Shown one piece after another: positions 1 through 13,080 of a DNA stretch of 64,000 bases. Under the pieces are notes generated by a model. That model did no database searches and had not been told where the DNA came from. It saw only the letters and a list, made by a program, of their open reading frames with translations. Within the stretch, counting starts at the first letter, position 1, and each line of letters opens with the position of its first letter. The stretch covers positions 374,001-438,000 of the forward strand of contig MU053504.1 in the NCBI GenBank assembly GCA_013239625.1. The letters are read 5' to 3'. This stretch comes from Lama guanicoe (lineage: Eukaryota). A program made the position numbers and the translations under genes.

Positions 1-1530
1 CTGCTGGGTAGTTCTAAGAAACGTATGAGGATTATTTGCAACACACTAAATATGCTCCTGCCATAGGACTTTTGCATTTATGACTTATACTTAAACCATG
101 GATTGAAGTATGGTTTATGATTTTCAATCCATTGCATTTTTATCCTCATTGACACTCAAATTGTCTCATCTTTGGCCAGTAGGAAACCCTTCAAGTTGGT
201 TTCTTAAGTCCTCTTGACATATCTTTATTACTTTTATATGTAGAAAAACTTCTATGTAATATGACGAAATATTCCAGGCTTTTCTTGCCCTCATCTCCTA
301 CTTCAGACCCAGAACAGCCACTTCTCCAAGGAGTCCTGGTTCCTTTGAATGGAAATGGTATTTCAAGACCACAATCTGAATGCTAGGCATGCTCATTGCT
401 CCCGGGCTGGTTATTATTTCTAGGCATTGTCGGTGGACAGAGCTACAAAATATGTATTACAATACTATTGTATATAATTATTATATATCATATATATATT
501 ACAGTAGCTCATAAATTCATACCAGTACTTTCCATTCTAACTTAGAATTCAGGTTGATTTAACTTCTTTACAATACATTTTGTATCTTTTTTCTTATGCA
601 CTGAGAATTCTAGATCTTACTGTCACGAAGGATGATAGTCATTTTCCTGGTCCCATGCTACACAGGCAACCAGCTTAGATTATTAATACTAACACTATTA
701 CCATTAATTATAATTACTGAGATGAGATTTGAAATTTTTGTGTATGCCATCCCATTCCTTTCCCCATTTTTAAGTTTCCATTATCAGATAATAAATCTTT
801 TAACACTCTGTTCTCTTCTTTTCAACCATCACCGAGGCTTACTTGTACAAGTAAGTAAATATTAATGCTCACCATCAGTCTTTATTTTGACATCTCTCTA
901 TTGTGTTCATTTTTGTTGTGTGAAGCTCATTTTCTGATAGATTCTTCAGGAAAGACTCATGGGAACAATATTCCCCAAGTTCTTGTGTGTTGATAACAGT
1001 TTGTGTCTTTTGTATTTGAAAGTCAGTTTTGATATCATTTTCTTTCTTCCAGTATGTTAAATCTGTTGCTCTATTCTATTCTACCCTAAAGTGTTGCTTT
1101 AAAAAAAAATATGGTGACAATCTTTCTTTACGTAGGGGCTCTTTTTGCCTAGATTCTCAACTTAATTTTTCTCTAAAGTCTAGAGATTTTACTGGAATAT
1201 ATGTTGGTCAGCTGAGGTCAATATTGTCAAGTATGTTGTGTTCTCATTCAATATATAATTTCAAATTCGTTTTTTTAAATTGTAGTTTTTGTATTTATTC
1301 TCCTTGGGTTTTTATTTTTGTTTTTTTTTTTTTGATTTTCTCTTTTAGGTACTCCTATTATCCATATGATGTATCTTTTTTGCCTACCAATATATCTCAC
1401 TTTCCCTTGAAATTTTTTGTTTTTCTTCATTTCTTTTTGATTGCTTAGGACTTCTCTCCCTTTTTACCTTTTCTTTCTCTTAAGGTATTATTTGCTGTGT
1501 TGATTCTCTCTGTTCCTTCTGGTTTAGACT
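1..1530 (-). mobile_element. Old degenerate L1 (L1M-type) fragments
   Basis: T-rich antisense L1-like sequence; no intact ORF. Confidence 0.5.
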
Positions 1531-1539
1531 TTATTGTGT

Positions 1540-1762
1540 TCTGTGTGCATGTTCTATGAGCATCCAAACTGCCCTTTTTATAAGGACACTGGTCGTATTG
1601 AATTAGGGGCCCATCCTACTCCAGTATAACCTCATCCTAACTTGACTAATTGCACCTGCAATGGCCCTATTTCCAACTAAGGTCATATTCTGATGTCCTT
1701 AGGGCTAAGAGTACAAAATACGAATCTGGAGGGAGGGGGTGGATATAATTCAACCCACAACA
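1540..1762 (-). mobile_element. MaLR MLT1 LTR fragment
   Basis: TATAAGGACAC...ATTAGGGGCCCA...AATTCAACCCACAACA, the reverse complement of an MLT1 5' end. Confidence 0.7.
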
Positions 1763-2674
1763 CTGGGTTTCTCCAGTTCTCTTTGGGAGAAAATCCATAG
1801 GCCCCAATGTCCCTAAAGGCCCCAGAAAAACTCAAACTCAAGCCCACATCTCTCCAAGCATTTTCAGGGGAACGTGTTACCGTTGAGAGTAGTTATGCTC
1901 CAAGGCTGTTCTGAGGGCCCTTAATCTGCCTGTTTCAAAACCAGATGGGGGAACATCTCCAGATGAAACTGGTAAGGGAAGGAGAGCAGGCAGACGTGAG
2001 AAGTTTACCTTTCCAATGAAGTCTGAGACCACACGAGCCCTCACTGAAAATTAATTTCACATCACCTACTTTTCTTAGATACAGAGAATGGCCCATTGAA
2101 TCAAACCCAGAAAGGGCAAAGGATCCAGCCAAGGTCACACAGAGTGACGAGGAGAGCTGGACCCTCCCGGATCCAAGCTACAGTCCAAAGTCATCACATA
2201 ATATGAATCAGCCTCAAAGTATGAATCCTAGAAGGGAGCTTTGGTGGGCCTATCCTAGACAGACCCATGACCTTGGTGATGTTTACTTCAAACAATCCCT
2301 ACTCCCCCAAGTTCATCATCCAGCTGAACTTCCCAGATGTGCCATCTGCCACAATGGGACACACATCTGAGGTACAGTATCACCACAGACTGATTTTGGC
2401 CATCTGCACTTTCATGGACTCCATGTTTTTCTTGAGACTCCTTTTTTCTTTATGTAAATATCTTAAAACATATTTAAGTAAACATACTTAAATTTAAAAA
2501 ATTATATCACAACTATCAGTGGAAAATCAGTATCTGTCCCTTGTTATGAGTAGAAGGTATCTGTAAAAGTAAATACTCCAGCAGCTAAATAATGTTATTA
2601 AATTCTTGCTAGATATTCTTGCCTACCTGAGAAATTTGAACCTGAAACATGTTCTCCCTTTATAAAAACAAAAT

Positions 2675-2825
2675 GGGGGGAGGGTATAGCTCAAGTAGTA
2701 GAGTGCATGCTTTGCATGCATGAGGTCCTGGGTTCAAGCCCCAGTACCTCCTCTAAGAATAAATAAGTCCAGCTGATTACCTCCCCCCACCAAACAAACA
2801 AAAAAACAAAAAAGTTAAAAAAAAA
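2675..2825 (+). mobile_element. tRNA-derived SINE (camelid vic-1-like)
   Basis: GGGGAGGGTATAGCTCAAGTAGTAGAG (A box) ... GGTTCAAGCCC (B box), then ATTACCTCCCCC and an A-rich tail; AAAATG on both flanks. Confidence 0.85.
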
Positions 2826-3001
2826 TGATTAGCAAGTGTTGGAGAGGTGCTGAAGACATACTGCCTCCTGAGACTTTCTTCTTAAAGGCCTAGGTCGCAT
2901 TGGGTACACCCGTGGCGCTCCATCCATGCTTGAGGAAACACTGGCACTGGGCAAAGAACTGGAGGAAGAACTAACTCATTGGTGCCACTAACTCACTTCC
3001 C

Positions 3002-3445
3002 TGTATCAATCAGCAGTTGGAGTAACACCCACCCCAGTTCAGTAGCTTGAACCATTTATGACTGTAACCCATGCATCTTTGGGTCAGCTGGAACTCTGCT
3101 CACTTGCGCTGGGCTTGCCCATGTGACTGTGGGTTGGCTGGGACTTTGCTCAAGGTTGAATTTGGCCAAGGCCCATTAGCTGGGGCAGCTCTGCTCTGCA
3201 TTTATCAGTTCTCTCCTCTGGGATCCCAGACACATTCTGCTCAGGGTGATGGCAAAAACACAAGACAGCAGGTGGAAACACTAGAGGCTTCATAAGACCT
3301 GGGCATACTCTCATTTCTGCCTTGTTTCACTGGTTAAGACCAGTTACATTGCTTAGCATAGAGTCACCTGTCTTGAGGGAAGAACTGCAAAGAGTATAGA
3401 TACATGGAGAGGTGAAGAACTGGGACCAATAATGCCATTTCCCAC
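3002..3445 (-). mobile_element. MaLR MLT1-type LTR
   Basis: TGTATCA...CCACA termini and MLT1-like internal motifs. Confidence 0.55.
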
Positions 3446-3994
3446 AATAATGCAATCACTTGTGTTATTTTACCAGGTTCACCATTTGTTAAATAATGAC
3501 ATGGGACTACAGTTATATCAGCTTTTCAGTCCTTTTACCCTGGGGAACTCTTTATTTTTCCTCTAGAGGCCCAAATCCTGAAAGACTTTTATATCTTAAG
3601 TAAACTGCTTTTATTAAGGTACAATTTCTTGTAGGATTTTTGAAATTGTTGAAACTGTCTTCTGGGACCTCAATATTGAAACCACTGGATTAATTACCCT
3701 TTATATATCTAACATTCCAAGATTCTACAGATCTTTTAAGCAATTATTCTAAGATGCTATGCTTTTAAAATATTCAAGATTCTAGAATTTTTTGCTGTAT
3801 ACTTCTAGGACTCAAAAACTAGTCAATGAAACTACATTTCCAAAGAGTCTGTGTTTATATTTCTAAGATTCTCCAATTTGTTTTCAAGATTCAAAGACTT
3901 GATGTGCTAGCACACCTGAAGATATTAACTGAAGGGATTTTCCCCTATGCTTTTTACACCCTTTGTCCTATTTCCTCGTGCAAGATAGAGTCTA

Positions 3995-5340
3995 TTTTCG
4001 CGAAAGTTCCGTGTGCACTTAAAAAGAATATGTATTCTGCTCTTGTTGGGTAAAGCAGTCCATACATGTCAGCTAGACACAGTTGTTTAATGGTGTTGTT
4101 CATTCTATATCCTTGCAGATTTTATGTCCACTAATTCTGTTGATTACTGAAGGAGCCATATTGAAGTCTTCAACAATAATCGTGGATTTGTCTGTTCCAC
4201 CTTTCTGTTCTCTCCCTTTGCTTCCTGTATTTTAAAGCTCTTTTGCTGGATGCATACACACTTTGGGATTGTTTTGTCTTCTTAGGAAATAGACCCATTT
4301 ATCATTATTTAAAGTTCCTTTTTGCCTCCAGTAATTTTCTTGGCTCTGAAATTCACTTTGATTTTGATATAGTCATTCTGTCTTTCTTGTGATTAGTGCT
4401 TGTATGGTATGTACTTTTCATCCTTTCAATTTTAACCTGCCTATATAATCATATTTAAAATGAATTCATTATGGACAGCATATAGATAGGTCATCTTTAA
4501 AATCCATTTGGACTATCTCTGACTTTGGATTGGTATGGTTAGACCGTTTGCATTTAATGTACTTGTTATCGATATGTTTAGATTTAAGTCTACCATTTTA
4601 TTATTATTTTTCTGTTTGTTTCCTCTACTTTTCATTCCACTATTCTTCCTTTCCTGACTAGTTTTGGGGGGTTATTTGAACATGTTTTACTATTCCATTT
4701 TAATTTAGCTACTGTGTTCTTTACTGTATCACTTTGTATAGTTATTTTAGAGGCTGCTCTATTGATTGCAGTAGACATACATACTTGTCACAGTCACTTA
4801 GTTAATATTTTATGGCTTTAGGTGGAACACAGACACCTTACCATCCTATGTCTGTTTACCCTCCTCTCTTTATGCTACAGTTGTCTTATATATTATATCT
4901 ATATACACTGAAATTTCCATCGGACAATGTTCAAAATTTCACTTACAGTTATCAAATATATTTTAAAGAACTCAAGAGAAAAAGAACAGTCCATTATTTT
5001 CACTTGGATATTCACTATTTTATGACCCTTATTACCATCTATATTTCTCTTTCTTCATTTCTGATCATCCAAGTTCCCTTCTGTTTGGAGAACCTCCTTT
5101 AGCAATTCTCTTAGAGATGGTTTGCTGGCTATGAATTCTCTTAGTTTTCTTTCACTTGAGAATGACTGTATTTCACCTTCATTCCTGAAGGTACTGGGTG
5201 TTTTTTTTGTCTGTTTGCTTTTCTTTTTGCTAGATACAGAATTCTGGGTTGATAGTTCTTTTTTATTTCAGCATTTTAAATATGTTGTCCCTCTTCCTTC
5301 TCATCTTCACAGCTTCTGATATAAAATCTGCAGCCAAAAA
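3995..5340 (-). mobile_element. Old L1 (ORF2 5' region) fragment
   Basis: AAGAATATGTATTCTGCT...TTGAAGTCTTCAACAATAAT, typical antisense L1 endonuclease-region sequence. Confidence 0.7.
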
Positions 5341-5961
5341 TGTAGGGGGGAAAGTGTTATAGGCAATGTCAGTTACTAAAAATAGTGTGTTGCTTTTCTG
5401 GATTTTGTATTGCTTATAACATATGTCAGCTTTTTAAAATTTGTGGTTTATTTTTATTTTCTTCTCTTCTTCTAAATAAATATTCACATCTATACCTAAA
5501 TGTATATGCATAACTTTTTTTCTTAAAAAAGATCACCCAAAATGGTATAAGCTTTCAACTTCACAAAACTAGATCCAGTTCTGCTCCCACCCTCTACTTT
5601 TGCCCTCAATCCCTTCAAGGAGATGTCAAGTTGAAAAAGAGGCATCGGCTGATCTCTCCTTCTTGGTCCAGTGTAGGAGCTGAAAAAGTCTGCAAGAGGT
5701 GCCTAGGCAGACAGCTCTGAGTAGCTTCCTGTGGATTCTGTGGGTCAGAGAGTCAGTGCGAGCCAGGGACCTGAAGGTAGCCCAGGTGAGGCATCAAAGC
5801 CAGCAGTCTCAGCTGAAAATCAGAATGAGGAGGAACAGCCAGCATGGCTGGGCAGCATGAGATGTAGGACTAGATGCTCCCTCCATCCTGGGATTATGTG
5901 AGGTCCTCTGGTTCAGACATAACCCATCAGGGAAGAAGTATATATATATATGTGTGTGTGT

Positions 5962-6103
5962 GTTTTTTAATATTCTTTTGGGGGGTAATTAGATTTCTTT
6001 ATTTGTTTATTTGTTTGTTTATATTTAATGGAGGTACTGGGGATTGAACCCAGGACCTTGGGCATGCTAGGCATACACTCTACCACTGAGCTATACCCTC
6101 CCC
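5962..6103 (-). mobile_element. tRNA-derived SINE (vic-1-like)
   Basis: Reverse complement reads GGGGAGGGTATAGCTCAGTGGTAGAG...GGTTCAATCCCCAGTACCTCC followed by an A-rich tail. Confidence 0.85.
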
Positions 6104-7534
6104 TACTAGAAGAAGAATACTAAACTGAGATTTCAATCTCATCTGTGTAGCTCTCAATCTCTGTTTCTCCTCCTCTTACCTCCTCTGCTCAGCCATCCAG
6201 GTGTCCACACTGTTTCTCCCAGGATAGGCCAAGCACACCCCAGCCCAGCCTCAGGGCCTTTGCACTTCCGGTTCCCTCATCCAGATGGACCCTTCTTCCC
6301 TGGGCCTTCATGGGCCTCTCTCTCACATCCTCCAGGTCTCTGCATAAAGGTTGCCTGCCTCATCAGGACACTTTTTTTGGCCATCCTGTATAAAATCATA
6401 CTCCTTCTCCAACACTACCTACCCCCTTCTCTCTGCTAAATTTTTGTCGGAGTACTTATCACCTCTATGCCATTCTATCACATATTTATTTGTTTATTTG
6501 TTTTTCACTTGTCTCTTCCATTGGACTCCAAATGAAACTTCATCATGGTAGAAGTTTTTATCTGACACTTCATGATTCTACTTCTACCCACTTAGAAAAC
6601 GAAAATACCCGGCACATAGAGGTCTGTGATAAACATTTGTTCAAAAAAATTAATGAATCAATTAAGCCTCTGCTACCCGTACAAATGGAAGCTAATAAAC
6701 TGAGTGTGTGCAAGGAAAAATAAAGTTATATTTCCTGGAATTTGTCCCTGGCTCATCCATGCTTCGGGCTACAATAGATTGACTTTTAGGAGTATTGCTG
6801 GGGGTAAGAGTCTATAGTCCGCTCTATTCGTTTCTAAGTTCCTTTAATACTGTGATTCTCTGTGCCTGTGTCAAAGATCTTGGAAATCCTGGCCTTGGTG
6901 GCTCTGGACAGCTCACCTTGAAATATAAAGCCGGATCTTAATGACTCCAAGATGTACAGGATAAGCCAAGGGCACCCAGCTTGATCTCACATAGCAGTTT
7001 CAGCTTGGAGGGATAATTGGAAAGATTATCACCAGGAAATTGTTTACAGGACAAGCAAACTCCAGACACAGCCATCACCACCCCCAGCCCCCGCCTGGTT
7101 TTTATTTCCCATAAACGGTTTTCTCAGTAGAAAAAAGGGTAAAACCCTGCCTGGTTTGGTGTGTTGTGGGACAAAAAGTGGGTGCCCACAGCGGTCAGGG
7201 ATGTTTTGGCCATTATGGGAAAGGAAAAGATCCTGAGACTGCCCCCCCCAACAAGGCAATATGATGTTTCTGTCCCAGGGCCAACACACCCACATACCCA
7301 ATGGGACCAGGCAGGTGACCTAAACAAACAAAGATAGCCAGATGGAGACCAAGGAAAACAGGACACCCATATCCCATCTCAAGAGGGTAATTCAGACCAA
7401 TTTTTGCTGGTCAGGGATATCAGTGTGGCCAGATTTTCTGATTTCTCTTAAAAAGCCCCAAACCCAAATTTGGATGCGAAATCTCCCAATTTTAAATGTT
7501 AGCAATAGAATCAAAAATTTAAAAAGCACTATTT

Positions 7535-8053
7535 TCTAGTTAATATTTCTACCTAAAAAGTGACTCCAAATTTAGTGACATAAAGCAACTATTTCATTAT
7601 GTCCATGGATTCTTTGTGTCAAAAGTCTGGACAGGGCACCGTGGAGACAATTTGACTCCATTCCATAGCGTCTGGGGCTTCAGCTGGGAAGATTCAAATG
7701 GCAGGGGCTAGAAGCATCTGGAGACTTCTCCACTGGTGCCTGGGTTGGGATGACTCAAAGGCTGGGATTGTCCACTGGAACGGCTACATGTGGCGTCTCC
7801 ATGTGGCCTGGGCTTCTCACAGCCTGCAGGGCTGGGTTCCGAGATAGAGCATCCAGAGGGTAGGCATGGCAGGAGAGCCAGGTAGAAGCTGCACAGCCTT
7901 TTATGACCTAGCTGCTTGTCCCACAGTGTTACTTCCAAGATACTCTACTGGTCAAAGCAGCCAGACCCACCCAGATTCAAGGCAAGTGGTACACAGACCC
8001 TTACTTGATGGGAGGAGTGTCATAGAATTTTCAGCCATGTAGAAAAATACTAC
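7535..8053 (-). mobile_element. MaLR MLT1 (F/G-like) LTR
   Basis: CTCCATGTGGCCTGGGCTTCTCACAGC and related MLT1 motifs; ends in CTACA. Confidence 0.65.
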
Positions 8054-8745
8054 ATACCCGTGGCCATGCCAAATGGGCCTGCAGGCTGGGTTTGGCCAGA
8101 ACATTGCCAGCAGCAGCATCGAAGGGAAGTGGAGATGCAGGCACATCCCCAGAGCACAGACATGAGTGTGGAGCCAAGAACAGAGGGATACCTGCCTGGG
8201 TGGGCTTCCCCTGCAACACACAGCCATGTGAGACCTCTAGTCCAGACCCCAATCCGCACACCCTCACAATGTCTACTCACAGCCATCCTTTCCCCGTCCA
8301 CAGATTTGGGCCCATCCCGAGCCACAGCGACCCCAGAACACATCCTCAGCATGGCCAAGTCATCCACTTCCTCACGGACCCAGAGCCTCAACCATTTCCC
8401 CTTCCTCTTCCTCTCTAGGAGGCTGTTTCTCTAAGTCCTTGGACATAAAAGGCAGACCCCACCCTTCTCCTAAGCGATTTGACTTAAGTGCCTCTTGTGG
8501 GCCCAAGCACTCCCAAGGGGGAAATACCTTCCTTACTGATCACCCTCTCAATGGTGATCCCCAGGGGACTGCATGGAAATGGATGTTTCATGCAAGGGAG
8601 GAATGAGCATGGACTTCCTGCCAAGCATTGTACTGGCTTCTTTACATCCATTCTTTCCTGTAATCCTTGCAATGACCTTGTGAAGCAATTGTCCCCATTT
8701 AAGAGATGAGCAAACCACAACAGATGACCGGATAAAGACATTGCA

Positions 8746-9225
8746 GTATGCAATGGAATACTACTCAGCCATAAAAAGGAATAAAATAATGCCAGTTGCA
8801 GCAACATAGATGGACCTGGAGATCTTCATTCTAAGTGAAGTAAGTCAGAAAGAGAAAGAAGAATACTATGTGATATTATTTATATGTGGACTCTTAAAAA
8901 AAAGACACAAATGAACTTATTTACAAAACAGAACAGACTCACAGACATAGAAAACAAACTTATGGTTACCAGGGAGAGGATAGAAATGACAAGGAATAAA
9001 TCGGGAGTTTGAGATTTTCAGATACACACTACTATGTAGATGAAAAAATTTCTTCTGCATAGCACAGGGAACTAACTACATTCAATATCTTATAGTAACC
9101 TGTAATGGAAAAGAATATGAAAATGAATATATGTATGTGTATGTATGACGGAAATATGCTGTACACCAGAATTGACACAATGTAGACCAAATATACTTCA
9201 ATTTTAAAAAGCAAAAAAAATAAAG
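8746..9225 (+). mobile_element. LINE-1 3' end
   Basis: ATGGAATACTACTCAGCCATAAAAAGG ORF2 end, 3'UTR similar to the 17.2-17.9 kb copy, A-rich tail. Confidence 0.85.
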
Positions 9226-10383
9226 ATATAGAAGAGTCTTCCCAGCAGGGCAGTAACAGAAACAAAAAAGAGAGAGAAAGACAGCAATGAGCAAAACAAG
9301 TTTTACAGAAAACGTATAACTTGTCCAGGGTCACCCAGGCAAGTGGGTTGGTCTATTCCATGTGGAACCACAGAATTGACTCTGAAGCACAGGAGCTCAG
9401 GACAAGAGACCAGGCAGCTTAGAGTAGAGGAGGTGAGTTAGGGAGGAATGAGGTGAGCCAGGTGGACCAGACTATTAAGAGCCTTACAAGCCCCACAGAG
9501 AATCCTCAACTGAATGAGTAAGGCAGTAGGGAGCCATTCAATGTTCTTGAGCTGAGGGGTGACTCTATTAACTAAGGCCAGTGATGATGCAAGCAATTTC
9601 TTTCAAAGTGTTTTATTTTGCAGATCTTTTCCCGTGCATTTCCTCATTGGATTCCCACCTGTGTGGTTAGAGTCTGCATTTGCCATATAAGCACAGTAAG
9701 AGTCCTAGAAATTATAATATGCCACAAGTACTAGTGGAAAAGCCAAAACCATAATGCAGGTCTCCTAATTCCATACCCTAGTCAGTGACGGGCAGTGGGG
9801 ACTGCATCGTACAGTTGGACATCAGCCATTCCAGCCACCTAGCATCACTCCCCCTTAGCCCATCTTACTCTTTTGGGATCTCTTCCTCCCACCTCTCACT
9901 CAGTGATTCTAGTGGGGCTGTGATCCTATAGTGGGTGGACACAAGGCCAGCCTGACCAATCAGAATATGTCTTAAGGATCAACATGGATGCTAAAGGAGA
10001 GACGGTCAGTGTTTTCTCTAAGGCTGGCAACAGTAAGGATCAAGAAGCCAGGAGACTCTGGCAACTGTCTTTACTGTAATCTGGGGAATGCCTGCTTGAG
10101 AAGGAAGCCAGTAGAGAGGACAGCTGGGCTGAGAGGTAGAGGGAGGTATGCAGCCTCAAGGACACCAGTGAGAACCCTCAGGTTCAGCCATGCCTTGGCC
10201 TCTCAGTCACAGCCCCTCTGACTTGCTTTTCTTTCACTTGTCCCTGAAGCAGCTCTGACACAGATTTAAGAGTAAGACAAGCTTGTGTTCTCTCCGAACC
10301 TCATTTTCTGCATCTGTAAAATAGGAATAATTAAAATAACAAACGTTCTGGAGAATTAAATATACTTCATAAACTATAAGTTT

Positions 10384-10458
10384 AGAAAGAAAGAAAGAAG
10401 AAAGAAAGGAAGAAAGGAAGAAAGGAAGAAAGAGAGAAAGAGAGAAAGAGAGAAAGGG

Positions 10459-10513
<55 letters not shown>

Positions 10514-10515
10514 AA
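10384..10515. repeat. (GAAA)n / GA-rich microsatellite
   Basis: About 130 bp of purines only, including a long near-perfect AAAG run. Confidence 0.95.
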
Positions 10516-10544
10516 AGGAGAGGAAGGTATAAGGGGAAAATGGG

Positions 10545-11090
10545 AAGGAATAAAAATTATTGCCATTTGCAAATAATATAATTATCTTCATAGAAATGTC
10601 AACCCACAGACATAATACTAGAACTCTTAAGAAAGTTGCTGGCTAGATGATCAATATTTCAGAAACCAATAGTGGTTTTATATTCCAGCAATGACAAATT
10701 TTAAAATATAATCTTTTAAAAGATACAAAATCTACGAGATTCCCAAGAATATATCTAAAAGGAGACGTGCAAAACCTCTGTGGAGAAACCTGTAAGTCTG
10801 TACTGAAGGGTGTGAAAGAAGGCCTGAATAAATGGTGAAACATGCCAAATTCACAGATGGGAAGGTCCAATATTATCAACACAGCAACCATCCCTCCAAT
10901 TTAATTTATAAATGTAAGGCACTTTTTATCAAAATCCCAATAAGATTTTTCACTGAACTTGACAGTTTGATTCGGAAATTCATGTTGGAGGAAAAATGAC
11001 TGGAAATACAAAGACAGAAAAGGAAGACTCATCCTACAACACACCAGGATTCACTCACTCTAAGGCTGTAGGGATGAAACCATGAAGTCC
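10545..11090 (+). mobile_element. Old L1 ORF2 fragment
   Basis: CTAGAACTCTTAAGAAAG...AAATCCCAATAAGATTTTT L1-like motifs. Confidence 0.6.
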
Positions 11091-11193
11091 CAAGTACAGA
11101 TCACTGTGATGCTCCACAATCCTTTCTGGATTAGTGAACAATCCAAATTAGGCAGTATTTTAAAACAGGTTGGCTCTTTTCAAAATGACAGCG

Positions 11194-11579
11194 TGTATAG
11201 TATTTTCTGTCTACAAAGCTCTCTCTCCTTGTAAGAGAATTACACTTCCTATGCCACTGACATTAGGCCACATGACTGACTTTGGCCAATGATATGTGAG
11301 CATGAGTGATGTAATACCCCTTCTGAGCAGACGCTTTAAAAGCCATCTCGTGTTTCCACCATGGTTTGCCCCCCACTGCCCCCACTTCCATCAGAGCAGC
11401 ATATCCCAAATAGGATCGCTGGACCCCAAAAGGAACCAACTGAATCTTAGAAGGAAGGTGGTGTGGCCAGAGCTGCAGCCGATCCTGGGTGTAGGATGAG
11501 CAAGAAATAAACATTTGTTGTTGTAAACCAGTGAGATTTGATATTGTTACCTCAGCACAACTTACAGAAGCTGATACAG
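11194..11579 (+). mobile_element. MaLR MLT1 LTR
   Basis: CATGACTGACTTTGGCCAATG...AATAAACATTTGTTGTTGTAAACCA...GATACA. Confidence 0.7.
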
Positions 11580-12629
11580 AAATATAATCAAGGAATTGAT
11601 AACATTTCTGTCCTTTGCTAGAATATAAATGGCAACCTCGTAGAAGTAGCGCATTGATGCTGTTCGTTGATTTCTCATTGTTCTAGTAAACAGAAGCCTT
11701 CCCCCAAAATATTTACTATTTATATTTTTAAACAAGTTTGAGGATACAGTGACAGAACCCTTAGCCTGGCTTTTAACATATCATGAGAGTTTGGGACACA
11801 GGTTTTTCTCAGAATGATTTTTTTTTCTCTTTGCTATTATGTATTAAGCACTTGGTGCTTTACATATATTATATTATTTAAATAGTATAACAGTCTCTTT
11901 GAGAGAGGCATCATTAATCCCATTTTACAGCTAAGAAAGTGAAGGCATAGAGAGACAAAGTGACTTGCTCAGAGAAACCACAGCAAAAAAAAAAAAGATC
12001 GTGGAGCTAGCACTTGAACCCAAGTCTGGCAGCAAAGACTGAGCTCTTAACTCACAGAAATTCTGAGTCTCATACTAATGGTTGATGCTGAGTATCCACC
12101 GAATCCAGTCCCCTCAATCTCACTCCTGACCACACCTCTTCATGCTCCTCATACCACCTTCCTGACCATGCCTTTCTCACACAGGGCTTCCTTCCTGCTA
12201 CCATCCTGACACCTCTTCTCCATCCTTATGCCTTCTTTAAGGCTTAGCTCATGACCTCTCTTCCAAGAAGCCTTCTTTGACTACTCCTCTCCACCACGAA
12301 CTCTCTCTGACTTTATCCAAATAAATAGTGGCACATAGCATTTCCCAGAGATGTAAATTCTCATGCATTCCCTTAAACATACTGAATCAAAACCTCCAAG
12401 GATAGGACCCAACTGTCTGGGTTTTAGCAAGCCCACCTGGTGAGATACCAATGCACTTCAGGTTTGAGAACCACCAGTCAAAGCTGATGACATTGGTTCC
12501 TTTCCCCTGACCAGCAGTTAGTGTAGGAGGAGACACTGGACAAAATTCTGGAGATGTGAGATAAATCTGTAGGAAGGGGGCTTCTGGGAAATTTCCTCAT
12601 TCTTAAAGACATAGGATGAAAGGCTCTAC

Positions 12630-13080
12630 CCATTAAGATGCTTTTGGTTTCAGATCATAGAAAATCCAGCTCAGAAGATCTTGAATAAATAGGTGTTTTA
12701 TTCTTCTCACTTTCAAAAAGTCTAGAGCTAAGCAGTGGCTAGTATTGGCTTGATGGCTCAGCAATGTCTGTAATTCTCTTGGGTTTTCCCTCTGAACACA
12801 GAATGGCTGCCACAGCTCAGATGTCACAGCATATTCCAGGCAGGAGGAAGAAGTGGGGAAGGCTGCTGCAAGCTGTATCTGTCCCTCTTGTATGGGAAAG
12901 TAGAGGCTTCCCAGAAGCCCCCAGGAAGCTTCCATGTATGTCTCTCGGGCCAGAATTGGCTACGTGGGCACCTCGGGCAGCAAGGGAGCCTGAGAAAGTG
13001 GGGATTTGGGTTTTCCAACCTCTATAATGAAGGCAGGAAGAAAAGGGTTGGGGATGATGTGGGGTGAGCAAATCCACAGA
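12630..13080 (-). mobile_element. Old MLT1 (K/L-like) LTR
   Basis: AGAATGGCTGCCACAGCTC...GGCCAGAATTGG motifs; a related copy lies at ~19180-19710. Confidence 0.5.

Noticed and set aside
2675..2750. tRNA-like A/B boxes (also at 6030-6103 and 15865-15940)
   Set aside because: Followed by a SINE body and A-rich tail; these are SINE heads, not tRNA genes.
3700..3930. Recurrent TTCTAAGA/TTCTAGAA motifs resembling heat-shock elements
   Set aside because: Degenerate low-complexity sequence far from any promoter, with no clean array of three nGAAn units.
10234..10591. Phe/Leu/Ser-rich ORFs (also the ORFs at 23733-23993)
   Set aside because: Translations of microsatellites.
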